Below are positions 9,161 through 22,156 of a stretch of 64,000 nt of DNA, piece by piece. The notes below the pieces were generated by a model that was given only the letters and a program-made list of their open reading frames with translations, was not told the origin of the DNA and did no database searches. Both the position numbers and the translations under genes were made by a program. Origin of the DNA: Pseudomonadota bacterium (GTDB lineage Bacteria; Pseudomonadota; Gammaproteobacteria; JAKAQQ01); contig DAHXNI010000019.1 of assembly GCA_027365475.1 (NCBI GenBank), positions 676-64,675 of the forward strand. The letters are read 5' to 3'. Each line of letters begins with the position of its first letter. The stretch's first letter is position 1.

Positions 9161-12100
9161 TGCAACGCTACCTCGCATTCCTTTGGGCGAACCGGTTTAC
9201 GGCGGCGCTGCTTCCGATTCTGGTATTTGCAGCAGGGTTTCTGGTTTACCACGCGCTGCCTAAAAGCATATTTCCGGATGTCGCCTTCCCCAAGGTGGCC
9301 GTCCTGGTGCACACGGATAATCTGCCGGTCCGCTTCATGCTGCTTCAGGTAACCCGCCCGCTGGAACAGGTGGCCAAGGGGGAACCCGGCGTGCGCCTCG
9401 TGCGCTCGCAGACGGGCAACGGTCTCACCAAGCTCCATGTCTACTTTGCACGAGGAGTCAATCCCGAGATTGCATACCTCATGCTGCAGGCGCGTCTTGC
9501 AGCCGTTCCATTGCCGACCGGTGCAATCATCAGCGAGCGGCTCATGATGCCCAATATCTATCCGTTGGCCGAATACGCCTTGGTATCCAACCGCGACGAC
9601 AGTTCTGCCATGATGCCGACCTTTGCATTCGAGGTGCGCCCGGCATTGCTGGGCCTGTCGGGCGTCTATGAAGTCAATGACACCGGCCGCGGCTGGCCTG
9701 AAGTGGATGTCAACCTCCGTGCACGCCGTTTGGCGCAGTATCACCTCAGGGCATCTACGGTGACCCGCATCCTGCGGGCTGATCAGGGTCCATTTTTCTC
9801 GGGCGTGCTCAATATTTTCCATGAGCAGTTTCTTTTGGCGACCACACCGCGTCCGGCAACTCCGGAAAGTTTGTCCACATTGAATCTGCCGCTCGGGCGC
9901 TCCACCGCCGGCACAGCAACGCCTCCCCCCGACGAACTCTCCGGCCCCGAGTCTCTGGTGAACACCATCGGTGCTACCGGCACGCAACGTGCGCCGCTCG
10001 CGCTCGGGGATATTGCCACGATCCATATCCGCCCGCCCCCTCTCGTGAGGGAGGCAGCAGTCGCCGGCTGGCGGCACGCATTGATCGTTGACGTATCAGC
10101 AGATCGGGGAGTGAACGAGGTGGGTGTGGCCCGTGCAACGGCCGCCCGGATCGCGCAGCTCAGATCCCATCTGCCCGCCGGGATCCACCTGATTCCCATC
10201 TACAACCTGAGCCACCTCATCGAATCCAGCCTGCGTGACGTCTGGATCGCCCTCTTTCTTGGGAGTTTCATCGCCTTGCTTGTAGTGCTGATCTTTCTCG
10301 GTCGGTGGGATGCGGCATTGGCGACGCTGACCGTGGTGCCTCTCTCGGTGGCCGGAACGCTCCTTGTTTTGCATGCTTTCGGATTCGGGATCAATATCAT
10401 GACGCTGGGCGGTATCACCGCCGCGATTGGTGCGCTGGTGGATCACGCCATTGTCGTCATGGAGCGTGGCCTCCACGGCCCACGCGAAGGTCACGCATCC
10501 GAGCGTCGCCAGCATGCCTTGATGCGCGTAGGAGAGATCTTGCCCTTGATGACAATGGCGACGATCACTTCCTGCGTGATTTTCATACCGCTCATCTTCC
10601 TCTCGGGAACGATCGGCCTGTTGTTCCGCGACATGGCATTTGCCGTGATTCTTGCGCTCATTACCTCGCAAGTCGTTGCCTTGGTGCTCACACCTCTACT
10701 GACCATAGGGATCGCCCAGCGGCCACGGCGGCGGCACCGGCTTCCGGGCGAACAGGCGATCAGGCGCAGATATGGAATCCTCCTCATCGGGGGAATGCGG
10801 AGACCCTGGCTTGCCATTCCGGTCATTCTGGTCTTGCTCGGGGGTGCCTTAATCGCCATCGTCAATCTCCCGACGGCCTTTCTGCCGCATTGGGACGAGG
10901 GGATCTTTGTCGTGCCGTTTCGGACACCGGTTGGCAATGGAGTCCGGGAGACGACCCGAGTGGGTCGCGATCTCATGGCAGCGGCGATGCGCAATCCCAA
11001 CGTGCAGCGGACCTCGCTTGTGATCGGCAGGGGGTTAGGGAATCGCTACGCCACACCGAACAAGGGTGCCCTGGTCATCGTACTCAAGAAAAATCATGCA
11101 GACAGTACGCGGAAGGTTATGACCCAGTTGCGACACGTGTTCCGGGCGACGGCTCCGGATCTCACGACACTTGAGGCCATGCAGGTCATGATCAATCGCC
11201 TGGGAAATCTATCGGGCTCCCATGCCCCCCTGCAGATCCAGCTCTTTGGCTCCAATTCACTCGAGCTCAGGGCAGATGGCCGGCGCCTCTTCCTGGCGCT
11301 GCGCCGGAGTCATGATTTTGAATCACTGGTTTTCAAATCCCCTTCAGCAGGCCCCGAGCTCAGGATCACACCCAAAACCCTAGCGACGCTTTATGGCCTG
11401 ACACCGCCGGCCATCGCCCATTCGCTGAAAACCGATTTCTGGGGGCGTCGGGCGGGTTTCCTCACCCAGGGTGAGCAGATTATGCCCATCCGTGTCCGGG
11501 TCATTCCATTCTCACCCACCGGACCCGGCAATCTCGGGCGTGTCCCGCTCCGCCTTCCGGGTGGTACGTATACCACCTTAAACCGCGTGGCCCATGTTCG
11601 CCTGCAAGGGATCGTCCCCTATATTACGCACCAGAACCTGGTGCCCTATTCATTGATCAAACTGGCTCCGAAACCGGGGGAGGGCTTGAGTGTGGCGGCT
11701 GCCCAAGCGCAAAGAGTCATTGCTGCCATGCATTTTCCGCCCGGCATCAGCCCGGTCATCGGCGGGTATTACCGGCAACAGAAGAAAAGTTTCCAGCAAA
11801 TGATCCTCATACTGAGTGGAGCGCTCTTCCTGCTGCTCATTCTCCTGGGGTTCCAGTTCAGCAGCTTTCGTGCCGCGATTGCTGCTCTCCTGGCCACGGC
11901 ACTTGCGGGCACCGGGGCATTCCTTGCCTTGTGGATGACTGGCATCAATCTGGACAGCACAGCTTTTCTCGGCGTTTTGCTGGTTTTCGCCATAGGTGTC
12001 AACAACGTCATTCTCATTTTTGCCCGCGCGCACCAACTGGGTGGAGCATCCCCTGCAGTCATCCATGTGGCTTGGGCTGCACGCCAGCGCCTGCGGCCCA

Positions 12101-12324
12101 TTCTCATGACCATGTTGGCCGACGTACTCGGTTTTCTGCCGCTTGCAATCGGCATCGGACACGGAACTGATCTCCTCAAGCCTCTCGCAGTCGCGGTCAT
12201 GGGTGGGCTTACGCTGAGCGCGTTGATGTCCCTCTGGCTTGCGCCCGTGATTTATGCCCTGTTGCGCGGATCCTCGCGACCCACTCCAGCCGGGCTACCC
12301 ATCGCAGTTACAGAACCCAACTGA
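9160..12324 (+). CDS. RND efflux permease (AcrB/CusA superfamily)
   Basis: 1054 aa; FPDVAFP, INIMTLGGIT..IGALVDHAIVV and RLRPILMT motifs. Confidence 0.93.
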   Translation: MQRYLAFLWANRFTAALLPILVFAAGFLVYHALPKSIFPDVAFPKVAVLVHTDNLPVRFMLLQVTRPLEQVAKGEPGVRLVRSQTGNGLTKLHVYFARGVNPEIAYLMLQARLAAVPLPTGAIISERLMMPNIYPLAEYALVSNRDDSSAMMPTFAFEVRPALLGLSGVYEVNDTGRGWPEVDVNLRARRLAQYHLRASTVTRILRADQGPFFSGVLNIFHEQFLLATTPRPATPESLSTLNLPLGRSTAGTATPPPDELSGPESLVNTIGATGTQRAPLALGDIATIHIRPPPLVREAAVAGWRHALIVDVSADRGVNEVGVARATAARIAQLRSHLPAGIHLIPIYNLSHLIESSLRDVWIALFLGSFIALLVVLIFLGRWDAALATLTVVPLSVAGTLLVLHAFGFGINIMTLGGITAAIGALVDHAIVVMERGLHGPREGHASERRQHALMRVGEILPLMTMATITSCVIFIPLIFLSGTIGLLFRDMAFAVILALITSQVVALVLTPLLTIGIAQRPRRRHRLPGEQAIRRRYGILLIGGMRRPWLAIPVILVLLGGALIAIVNLPTAFLPHWDEGIFVVPFRTPVGNGVRETTRVGRDLMAAAMRNPNVQRTSLVIGRGLGNRYATPNKGALVIVLKKNHADSTRKVMTQLRHVFRATAPDLTTLEAMQVMINRLGNLSGSHAPLQIQLFGSNSLELRADGRRLFLALRRSHDFESLVFKSPSAGPELRITPKTLATLYGLTPPAIAHSLKTDFWGRRAGFLTQGEQIMPIRVRVIPFSPTGPGNLGRVPLRLPGGTYTTLNRVAHVRLQGIVPYITHQNLVPYSLIKLAPKPGEGLSVAAAQAQRVIAAMHFPPGISPVIGGYYRQQKKSFQQMILILSGALFLLLILLGFQFSSFRAAIAALLATALAGTGAFLALWMTGINLDSTAFLGVLLVFAIGVNNVILIFARAHQLGGASPAVIHVAWAARQRLRPILMTMLADVLGFLPLAIGIGHGTDLLKPLAVAVMGGLTLSALMSLWLAPVIYALLRGSSRPTPAGLPIAVTEPN

Positions 12325-12628
12325 AGGCAAACGACCGGCTCATTCCAGAGCCCCGTCGCCAGGCCGGAAGGTAGCAGGCAGCCGAGGAGGCACATCCACC
12401 GAGTCTCGGCCAGTCCCCCGGGACGAAGGGCGGTTCCGGTCCGGTGGAGCTTGGACCTCAGGACCCGGGATGGGGAAAAAGCTCTGCTTTCGAGCCATCC
12501 CACGCGAGAGATCGCAAAAGTCCCCCCATTTCGGTTAAAATCAGCCTCTCTGCAATTCGATTTTTGGTTCTTGGGTTTCTGAGTACCTTTATTTATCATG
12601 CAATATGCCCCGGGCCGTACGGGCTGGC

Positions 12629-12714
12629 GCGAAAGTGGCGGAACCGGTAGACGCGCTGGTTTTAGGTACCAGTGGGTAAATCCCGTGAGAGTTCGAGTCT
12701 CTCCTTTCGCACCA
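12629..12714 (+). tRNA. tRNA-Leu (TAG)
   Basis: Acceptor GCGAAAG/CTTTCGC, anticodon arm CTGGT-TTTAGGT-ACCAG, long variable arm, CCA; usual position upstream of tig. Confidence 0.95.
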
Positions 12715-12770
12715 CTGAGATGTCAAGAACCGCTCCGTTCGGCTCCACGGGCTTGAGAGGATTCGATTCT

Positions 12771-14093
12771 ATGTCATTAGCTGTCGAAAACGGATCAGAA
12801 TTGGAGCGTCGCCTGACGTTGACCATTGGGGCTCAAGAGGTTGAGACACAGGTGGATGAACGGCTCGGACGCCTGTCTCCGCGTACGCGGATTAAGGGAT
12901 TCCGTCCCGGGAAGGCTCCGCTGTCGGTGATCCGGCAGCATTACGGGCCAGATGTCCGTCAGGAAGTCCTGCGCGACCTCATCGAAAAACGTTATTGGGA
13001 CTCGGTGACGGAGCAGTCACTGCGTCCGGCGTCCGCTCCGTCGTTTGAAATGCAGCCTGCAGAACCCGGCCAGCCGCTCACCGTGACGGCCGTGTTCGAA
13101 GTCTATCCTGACTTCCAGGTGAAAGGTTACGAACGGATTCCGTTGCGCCGACCGAAAGTCGACATCACCGAGGATGATCTTGCACTCGTGGTTGAGAAGC
13201 TAAGGCGGCAGCGATCCCACTGGCACCCGGTTGAGCGTGCGGCCCGAACGGGCGACCGTCTGTTTCTGGATTATGAGGCTTCGCTTGCGGATGGCCGTGC
13301 ATTCAAAGGAGGGGCCGGTCGGGATGTCTATGTCGAACTCGGTTCAGGACGCGAGATTCCCGGGTTTGAAGCCGCTCTGGAAGGCTCTGCAAAGGATGAA
13401 GAGCGTGAGTTCGATCTCATATTTCCCGCCGATCATCTGCAGCGAGAACTCGCGGGCCAGCGCGCACACTTCAAGGTCCGGGTGCGCGAGGTCGGCGAAC
13501 GGCACCTGCCTGAAGTCGATGACGAGTTTTGCCGGAGTTTTGGAACTCAGGGTCCCGAGGAATGGTTCGAGGAGGTTCGTGACAGCATGCACCGGGAGTT
13601 GGTTGAAGCCATCCGGCTGAGGCTGAAACAGGCCATCGATGACCACCTTTTGGAAAAAAACCCTGTGGGACTCCCGCGGACCTTGGTTGAAGGAGAGATC
13701 CGGCAGTTGCACCGTTCAACCCTCGAGCAGCTGGGCCTTGAAGCGCGCGAGGAGATCCCGGATACGCTGCGCGCACGCTACGAACCGGCCGCGCGCAGGC
13801 GGGTCGCGCTGTCTCTGATCTACCGGGAACTCGTGCGGCAACTCGGACTCACGCCGGATCCGGCCCGTATGGAAGCGTTGCTCACGGCGGTCGCAGCCGA
13901 GAGTGAAAACCCGGATCAGCTGTCCAGTGAACTCCGCTCCGATCCGCGTGTCCGCCAGGACCTCGAACGGCTCGCGCTCGAGGAGCAGCTCATGGACTGG
14001 CTGATCGAACACGGGGCTCCGGAAGAGGTGCCTGAATCTTTCGCGTCCGTCCTCAATCTGAATCCAGCCCGCCCCACGGAGTCAAACGCATGA
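12771..14093 (+). CDS. tig: Trigger factor
   Basis: GFRPGKAP ribosome-binding signature, FKBP domain; ATG at 12771 follows a GAGG SD. Confidence 0.95.
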   Translation: MSLAVENGSELERRLTLTIGAQEVETQVDERLGRLSPRTRIKGFRPGKAPLSVIRQHYGPDVRQEVLRDLIEKRYWDSVTEQSLRPASAPSFEMQPAEPGQPLTVTAVFEVYPDFQVKGYERIPLRRPKVDITEDDLALVVEKLRRQRSHWHPVERAARTGDRLFLDYEASLADGRAFKGGAGRDVYVELGSGREIPGFEAALEGSAKDEEREFDLIFPADHLQRELAGQRAHFKVRVREVGERHLPEVDDEFCRSFGTQGPEEWFEEVRDSMHRELVEAIRLRLKQAIDDHLLEKNPVGLPRTLVEGEIRQLHRSTLEQLGLEAREEIPDTLRARYEPAARRRVALSLIYRELVRQLGLTPDPARMEALLTAVAAESENPDQLSSELRSDPRVRQDLERLALEEQLMDWLIEHGAPEEVPESFASVLNLNPARPTESNA

Positions 14094-14743
14094 ATGATCC
14101 ATCCCGCTTCCTCACCCGGAACCATGCGGGGGAACCTGCGCAGGGCCTGAATCTCGTCCCCATGGTGATCGAACAGACGGCCCGGGGGGAGCGGGCGTAT
14201 GACATCTACTCGCGCCTGCTCAAGGAACGGTTGGTCTTTATTGTGGGTGCCATCGACGACCAGGTTGCAAATCTCGTGGTTGCCCAGCTCCTGTATCTGG
14301 AATCGGAAAATGCGGAGAAGGACATCAGTCTCTATATCAACTCGCCCGGTGGCTCGGTATCGGCAGGACTGGCCATCTACGACACGATGCAGTTTGTGAA
14401 GCCCGACGTGAGCACAATCTGCGTGGGCCAGGCCGCGAGCATGGGAGCGGTTCTTTTGGCTGGCGGAACGAAAGGCAAGCGTTATTGCCTTCCCCACTCG
14501 CGTGTCATGATCCATCAGCCCTGGGGTGGATTCCAGGGACAGGTTTCCGATATCGATATTCATGCCCGGGAGTTTCTGTTTCTTCGGCAAAAACTCAATG
14601 AGATACTGGCCCACCATTCCGGCCAGCCGGTCGACCGGGTTGCACGGGATACGGAGCGTGATAATTTTATGGGTGGGCAGGAAGCCATTGAATATGGTTT
14701 ACTGGATGCCCTGCTGGAGCACCGGAGCTCCGGAGGCCATTGA
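14090..14743 (+). CDS. clpP: ATP-dependent Clp protease proteolytic subunit
   Basis: [24 protein letters not shown] and MIHQP motifs. Confidence 0.97.
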   Translation: MNDPSRFLTRNHAGEPAQGLNLVPMVIEQTARGERAYDIYSRLLKERLVFIVGAIDDQVANLVVAQLLYLESENAEKDISLYINSPGGSVSAGLAIYDTMQFVKPDVSTICVGQAASMGAVLLAGGTKGKRYCLPHSRVMIHQPWGGFQGQVSDIDIHAREFLFLRQKLNEILAHHSGQPVDRVARDTERDNFMGGQEAIEYGLLDALLEHRSSGGH

Positions 14744-14794
14744 TGCCCGGCATCGCGGAACGAGTGTCCGTATCCGGGGGGAGTGTAGGTGACA

Positions 14795-16072
14795 ATGTCT
14801 GATCAACGCGGTCGCAAAGACGACGAAGGCCATCCGCTCTATTGCTCATTCTGCGGAAAGAGCCAGCATGAAGTGATGAAATTGATTGCCGGTCCGGCGG
14901 TTTTTATTTGCGATGAATGTGTGGAACTCTGCAAGGACATTATCCGCGAGGAGGTCCAGGACCAGGCTGAGCGTGTGAGCGAAAAGCTACCGAAGCCCCA
15001 GGAGATCAAGGCTGTTCTCGACCAGTATGTCATCGGTCAGGACTATGCCAAAAAGGTGTTGGCAGTTGCAGTCTACAATCATTACAAGCGGCTTGAGCAT
15101 GGCTCGCGGCGCGATGAAGTCGAGCTGGCGAAGAGCAATATTCTCCTGATCGGTCCGACCGGCTCGGGCAAGACATTGCTCGCCGAGACCTTGGCCCGCC
15201 TGCTCAATGTGCCCTTTACCATTGCTGATGCAACGACCTTGACCGAGGCCGGCTATGTCGGAGAGGATGTCGAAAACATCATCCAGAAACTCTTGCAGAA
15301 GTGCGATTACGATATTGAGCGGGCCCAGACCGGGATCGTCTATATCGACGAAATCGACAAGATTTCAAGGAAATCAGAAAACCCCTCGATCACGCGCGAC
15401 GTGTCCGGGGAAGGTGTGCAACAGGCCCTTTTGAAACTGATCGAGGGGACGGTCGCTTCAGTTCCTCCCCAGGGGGGACGCAAACATCCCCAGCAGGAGT
15501 TTCTCCAAGTCGATACGCGCAACATCCTCTTCATCTGTGGGGGGGCTTTTTCAGGCCTCGAGAAGATCGTGGAGCGCAGAACCCAGCGGGGAGGGATCGG
15601 TTTTACGGCCAGTCTGCCGGGTGGTCAGACCGCCGAACGGAGTCTCAGTCTGCTGCTTTCCAATACCGAACCCGAGGATCTCATCCGTTATGGACTGATC
15701 CCTGAGTTTGTCGGCCGGATGCCGGTGATTGCCACACTTGACGAACTGGACGAAGAGGCACTGATCCGGATTACAACAGAGCCCAAGAACGCGATCGTCA
15801 AGCAGTACCAGAAACTCTTTGAAATGGAGGGTGCTGAACTCGAGTTTCGGGATTCCGGCCTGCGGGCTGTTGTCCACCGGGCCATACAGCGTAAAACCGG
15901 TGCACGCGGGCTCCGGACGATTCTGGAGCAGATTCTGCTCGACGTCATGTATGACCTTCCAAGTCTCAAGGGTGCAAGCCGGGTCGTGATCGACGAAAGT
16001 GTGATCGCCGGGCAGTCCCAGCCTTATATCCTTTACGGCCGGGATCGCATCGCAGCTTCCGATGAGGGCTAG
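14795..16072 (+). CDS. clpX: ATP-dependent Clp protease ATP-binding subunit
   Basis: CSFCGK Zn finger, [14 protein letters not shown] and IGF loop; alternative GTG start at 14789. Confidence 0.97.
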   Translation: MSDQRGRKDDEGHPLYCSFCGKSQHEVMKLIAGPAVFICDECVELCKDIIREEVQDQAERVSEKLPKPQEIKAVLDQYVIGQDYAKKVLAVAVYNHYKRLEHGSRRDEVELAKSNILLIGPTGSGKTLLAETLARLLNVPFTIADATTLTEAGYVGEDVENIIQKLLQKCDYDIERAQTGIVYIDEIDKISRKSENPSITRDVSGEGVQQALLKLIEGTVASVPPQGGRKHPQQEFLQVDTRNILFICGGAFSGLEKIVERRTQRGGIGFTASLPGGQTAERSLSLLLSNTEPEDLIRYGLIPEFVGRMPVIATLDELDEEALIRITTEPKNAIVKQYQKLFEMEGAELEFRDSGLRAVVHRAIQRKTGARGLRTILEQILLDVMYDLPSLKGASRVVIDESVIAGQSQPYILYGRDRIAASDEG

Positions 16073-16082
16073 CCTCAGAGTC

Positions 16083-16109
16083 CTTGAATTGCCGCCCTAC
16101 TGCCCCCAT
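16083..16109 (+). promoter_or_regulatory. Sigma-32 (RpoH) heat-shock promoter of lon
   Basis: CTTGAA-N15-CCCCAT matches the RpoH consensus; lon is a classic RpoH target. Confidence 0.8.
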
Positions 16110-16170
16110 GCTGATTGGGTACCCTGCTCTCGAATGAGCGCCCACCCCTTGGACCCAAGGTGCCTTGACC

Positions 16171-18645
<2,475 letters not shown>

Positions 18646-18660
18646 ACCCAGGTCGATCGT

Positions 18661-18689
18661 TTGACAGCGGGGGTTAGCCTCGGTATAAA
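18661..18689 (+). promoter_or_regulatory. Sigma-70 promoter for hupB and downstream tRNAs
   Basis: TTGACA-N17-TATAAA. Confidence 0.8.
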
Positions 18690-18791
18690 GTCAGGGAACT
18701 TGAAGAAAACTCCCTTTGTACGGTACGGTGAGATACCCAGTCGAGTCGTCTCCGTTGCAAAGTACAACCACTACCAGAGGATGTTGCTGCC

Positions 18792-19064
18792 ATGAATAAA
18801 TCCGAACTCATTGATGCTGTTGCGGAAATGACCGAGCTCACGAAAGCAGACAGCAGCCGAGCCGTCGAGGCCGTGATCGAAAGCCTGACCCGTGCATTTC
18901 GAGCAGGGGATTCCGTGACCTTGGTTGGATTTGGCTCCTTTCACGTGAAAAGCCGGAAAGCCCGTACCGGGCGCAATCCCAAGACCGGTGCGAGCATTGC
19001 GATCCCAGCGAGCCGTTCGTTGGGCTTCAAGCCGAGCAAGCCTCTCAAGGATGCCTTAAACTGA
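18792..19064 (+). CDS. hupB: DNA-binding protein HU
   Basis: MNKSELID, GFGSF and RTGRNPKTG motifs; conserved position after lon. Confidence 0.95.
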   Translation: MNKSELIDAVAEMTELTKADSSRAVEAVIESLTRAFRAGDSVTLVGFGSFHVKSRKARTGRNPKTGASIAIPASRSLGFKPSKPLKDALN

Positions 19065-19074
19065 CGTCCGAAAG

Positions 19075-19151
19075 GGGTGCTTAGCTCAGGCCGGTAGAGC
19101 GTCGCCTTTACACGGCGAAAGTCGGGGGTTCGATTCCCTCAGCACCCACCA
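19075..19151 (+). tRNA. tRNA-Val (TAC)
   Basis: Acceptor GGGTGCT/AGCACCC, anticodon loop TTTACAC, CCA. Confidence 0.95.
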
Positions 19152-19158
19152 AGCAAGC

Positions 19159-19235
19159 GGAGTGGTAGTTCAGCTGGTTAGAATACCGGCTTGTCACGCC
19201 GGGGGTCGCGGGTTCGAGTCCCGTCCACTCCGCCA
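19159..19235 (+). tRNA. tRNA-Asp (GTC)
   Basis: Acceptor GGAGTGG/CCACTCC, anticodon loop TTGTCAC, GCCA end. Confidence 0.95.
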
Positions 19236-19320
19236 TTGAGTCTATGGGTATGCGAATCGAGCAGACACCACTCTGCGCAGGTTCGTGCCGTCTGGGTTTG
19301 TTCAAGGTAAGGTGCCGGAT

Positions 19321-21240
19321 ATGCTGGATTCATTGCGTAATCGCGCTGGCAAGTGGCTGTTATGGGTCATCCTGATTGTCGTGGGCGTCCCCTTCGTCTT
19401 TTGGGGCGTGCAGGATTATCCGAGTTTTCTGGGTGGGAACTATATAGCCCGGGCGGATGGCATCTCCATTGGCCCAGGGGAGCTCGAACGTGCGTTCGAG
19501 TCGCAATACGCCCGTATCAGTACATTATTCGGAGCCAAGTTCCAGCCGACTCCCGCGGAGCTGGCCACGATCCGACATGAGACGCTTGAGACCCTGATCC
19601 AGCGGACGCTGCTTTTGGCCAGGGCCCGGCGGGATGGACTCCGCGTGACGAAAGCAGAGATGATCCATGCCATCCGTGCCGTGCCTGCTTTTCGCTCGGG
19701 CGGGCATTTTTCACCTGCGCTCTATGAGGAAGTCCTGAATGAGGAGAATCTGACTCCAGTGACATTTGAAAATGAGGTCCGCGAGTCGCTTCTTCTGGGA
19801 CAATTGCAGACCGGCATTGAAACCACCTCGTTTCTACCCCCAGCTTCCGTCCTCGACCGCTATCGCGTTTCGCATGAGACGCGTCCGGTGCGCTGGGTTG
19901 TGATCTCATCAAAACGCTTTCTGCACCCCCATTCCATCTCCAATGCCGCGATCAAGAAGGCATACGCCGAGCAATCCTACCGCTTCGTCAACCCAGGCAA
20001 AGTGACTCTCTCCTATGTCATGCTGGATGCCCGGTCCCTGAGGGCGCGCATCCACCCTACGCTGCGTGACCTCCTCACGCTTTATGCCGAGGAGGAATCG
20101 AAGTTCACGTCGACGCCGCACTGGAAAGTCGCGCAAATCTTGATCGCCAGGCGACCAGGCCAGAATGGTCCGGCCAAAACCAAACGCCTGGCGCAAACAC
20201 TGGTTGCCCAATTGGCTCATGGAGCACATTTTGGTGCGCTCGCACGCAAGGATTCGAGTGATGCCGCGAGTGCTGCGCATGGTGGGGATCTCGGGTGGCT
20301 GACTCCCAAAAATATTCCTGCTGCGCTCGTACGCGTCCTCAAGCGTATGAAAGTGGGCGAAGTCAAGGGGCCCCTGCCGACTCCATTCGGGTATCAGATC
20401 GTCAAGCTCTTGGCGGCCCGTCCGGTGAAACGCCTGGCGTTCAAGTCCGTGCGTGCAAAACTGGTCCAGCAGTACCGGGTCAAGGCAGCGATTCGTCTGT
20501 ATCACCGTCTGCTTCACCAGATGGCTAATCTTGCTTTTGAACAGGACACGACCCTCAAGCCGCTGAGCTCGACGCTCGGTCTTGCGGTCGGTCAGGTCAG
20601 TGGGGTGACTCGTGAACAGGGCACCGGTATCGCGCGGATCGCCAAAGTGCGACAGGCCGCCTTTGCACCCACCGTCTTGGCTGGCGGATTGAACAGCAAA
20701 CCCATCCGGTTACCGGGCCACCGAGCGGTGGTTCTGCGAGTGGTTGCACATACGCCAGCCGTGGCCAAGCCACTTTCAGCCGTTCGTCCCATTTTGGTCC
20801 GCGAGCTGGCGGAACAATCTGCCCGGGCGGAGGCGCGAGGGATAGCGGACCGGATCGCAAACCGCCTGCGCAAAAATCCACGCCAGACGCACATACTGGG
20901 ATTCAAGGTTCAAGGCCCGTTCACGGTATCGCTCGCAGGGGGTGCTCTCCGGCATTTCTCGCCTGCGCTCGTGAAAGCCGTGTTCGCCCTGCCGAATCCA
21001 GCCCACCCCGGTTCCTCCCGCGTGCGTGTGGTGAAGCTCCCCAATGGCAATGCAGCGGTGATCGCAGCCGGTCCGATCGAAACACTTTCCAGATCGCGCA
21101 TCACACCCAAGATGCTCGCGAAATGGACCCAATCGGCACAAAACGACGACGCCCGGCTTGAGATGCAGCTTTTCTTAAACGAACTGGAACGGACCGGGAA
21201 GATCCGTATCAATCAAAAAGCGCTTCAAAGTGCAACCTGA
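19321..21240 (+). CDS. ppiD: Periplasmic folding chaperone PpiD (SurA N-domain plus parvulin)
   Basis: MLDSLRN with TM anchor; FGALARKDSSD..SAAHGGDLGW; synteny with hupB. Confidence 0.9.
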   Translation: MLDSLRNRAGKWLLWVILIVVGVPFVFWGVQDYPSFLGGNYIARADGISIGPGELERAFESQYARISTLFGAKFQPTPAELATIRHETLETLIQRTLLLARARRDGLRVTKAEMIHAIRAVPAFRSGGHFSPALYEEVLNEENLTPVTFENEVRESLLLGQLQTGIETTSFLPPASVLDRYRVSHETRPVRWVVISSKRFLHPHSISNAAIKKAYAEQSYRFVNPGKVTLSYVMLDARSLRARIHPTLRDLLTLYAEEESKFTSTPHWKVAQILIARRPGQNGPAKTKRLAQTLVAQLAHGAHFGALARKDSSDAASAAHGGDLGWLTPKNIPAALVRVLKRMKVGEVKGPLPTPFGYQIVKLLAARPVKRLAFKSVRAKLVQQYRVKAAIRLYHRLLHQMANLAFEQDTTLKPLSSTLGLAVGQVSGVTREQGTGIARIAKVRQAAFAPTVLAGGLNSKPIRLPGHRAVVLRVVAHTPAVAKPLSAVRPILVRELAEQSARAEARGIADRIANRLRKNPRQTHILGFKVQGPFTVSLAGGALRHFSPALVKAVFALPNPAHPGSSRVRVVKLPNGNAAVIAAGPIETLSRSRITPKMLAKWTQSAQNDDARLEMQLFLNELERTGKIRINQKALQSAT

Positions 21241-21355
21241 GTGACACGAGTGCGGCTGCCGGCCAGTCGGGTTTGGGCCCGGTGGCTCGGGATCGCGTCT
21301 TTGTTGCGGATGGGATGAGCAAAGGCTGGATGTCATCCGACGAGGATCCAGCGAA

Positions 21356-22156
21356 TCATTCTTCTCCGAAGGGCGGCATGCCGACGATGTGATATCCGCA
21401 GTCTACGTAGAGGATTTCACCGGTGATCCCGCTTGCGAGATCCGAGCATAGGAACGCAGCTGCATTTCCGACTTCCTCGATTCGGATATTACGTTTGAGC
21501 GGTGAGCGTGCCTGCACCTCTGAGAGCATCTTTCTGAATCCGGACACGCCGCTTGCGGCAAGCGTTTTGACTGGGCCCGGAGACAACGCGTTCACACGGT
21601 GTCCGTCCTGTCCGAGATCAAACGCCATGAAACGCACATTGGCCTCGAGACTGGCTTTGGCTGGCCCCATGACGTTGTAATGAGGAATAGCCTGAACGGC
21701 GCCAAGATAGCTCAGGGTGAGCAGAGCGCCCTCACGGCCGCTCATGAGCGAACGGCCCCGTTTGGCCAGAGCCACAAAGCTGTAAGAGCTGATGTCATGG
21801 GCGATCCGGAAACTTTCGCGCTCCACACTGTCGAGGTAACGGCCCTCGAGCGCCTCGCGGGGTGCGAAGGCTACCGAATGCACGATCACATCGAGTCCAT
21901 CCCAGGTTCGGTTGAGGTCGCAGAACAGGCCATCAATTTCAGAGTCGGAGGATACATCGCAAGGAAATACAAGTTCAGATCCGAGCCTTGAGGCTAACTC
22001 CCGCATCCGTTCTGCGAAACGTTCTCCCTGATAGGAGAAGGCCAGTGCCGCACCCTGACGGTGCATGGCTTCAGCGATGCCCCAAGCCAGCGAACGTTCA
22101 CTCGCGACCCCTACGATCAGGCAGCGTTTACCTTCCAGAAATCCCACGCCGGTCAT
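21356..22156 (-). CDS. fabI: Enoyl-ACP reductase
   Basis: [25 protein letters not shown] and GPVKTLAA motifs. Confidence 0.96.
   Translation of the reverse strand: MTGVGFLEGKRCLIVGVASERSLAWGIAEAMHRQGAALAFSYQGERFAERMRELASRLGSELVFPCDVSSDSEIDGLFCDLNRTWDGLDVIVHSVAFAPREALEGRYLDSVERESFRIAHDISSYSFVALAKRGRSLMSGREGALLTLSYLGAVQAIPHYNVMGPAKASLEANVRFMAFDLGQDGHRVNALSPGPVKTLAASGVSGFRKMLSEVQARSPLKRNIRIEEVGNAAAFLCSDLASGITGEILYVDCGYHIVGMPPFGEE

Noticed and set aside
12359-12378. CCAGGCCGGAAGGTAGCAGG resembles the SRP RNA domain IV motif
   Set aside because: It is one base short of the CAGG-NCC-GGAA-GGN-AGCA geometry and I could not fold the long flanking stem; an Rfam scan is needed.
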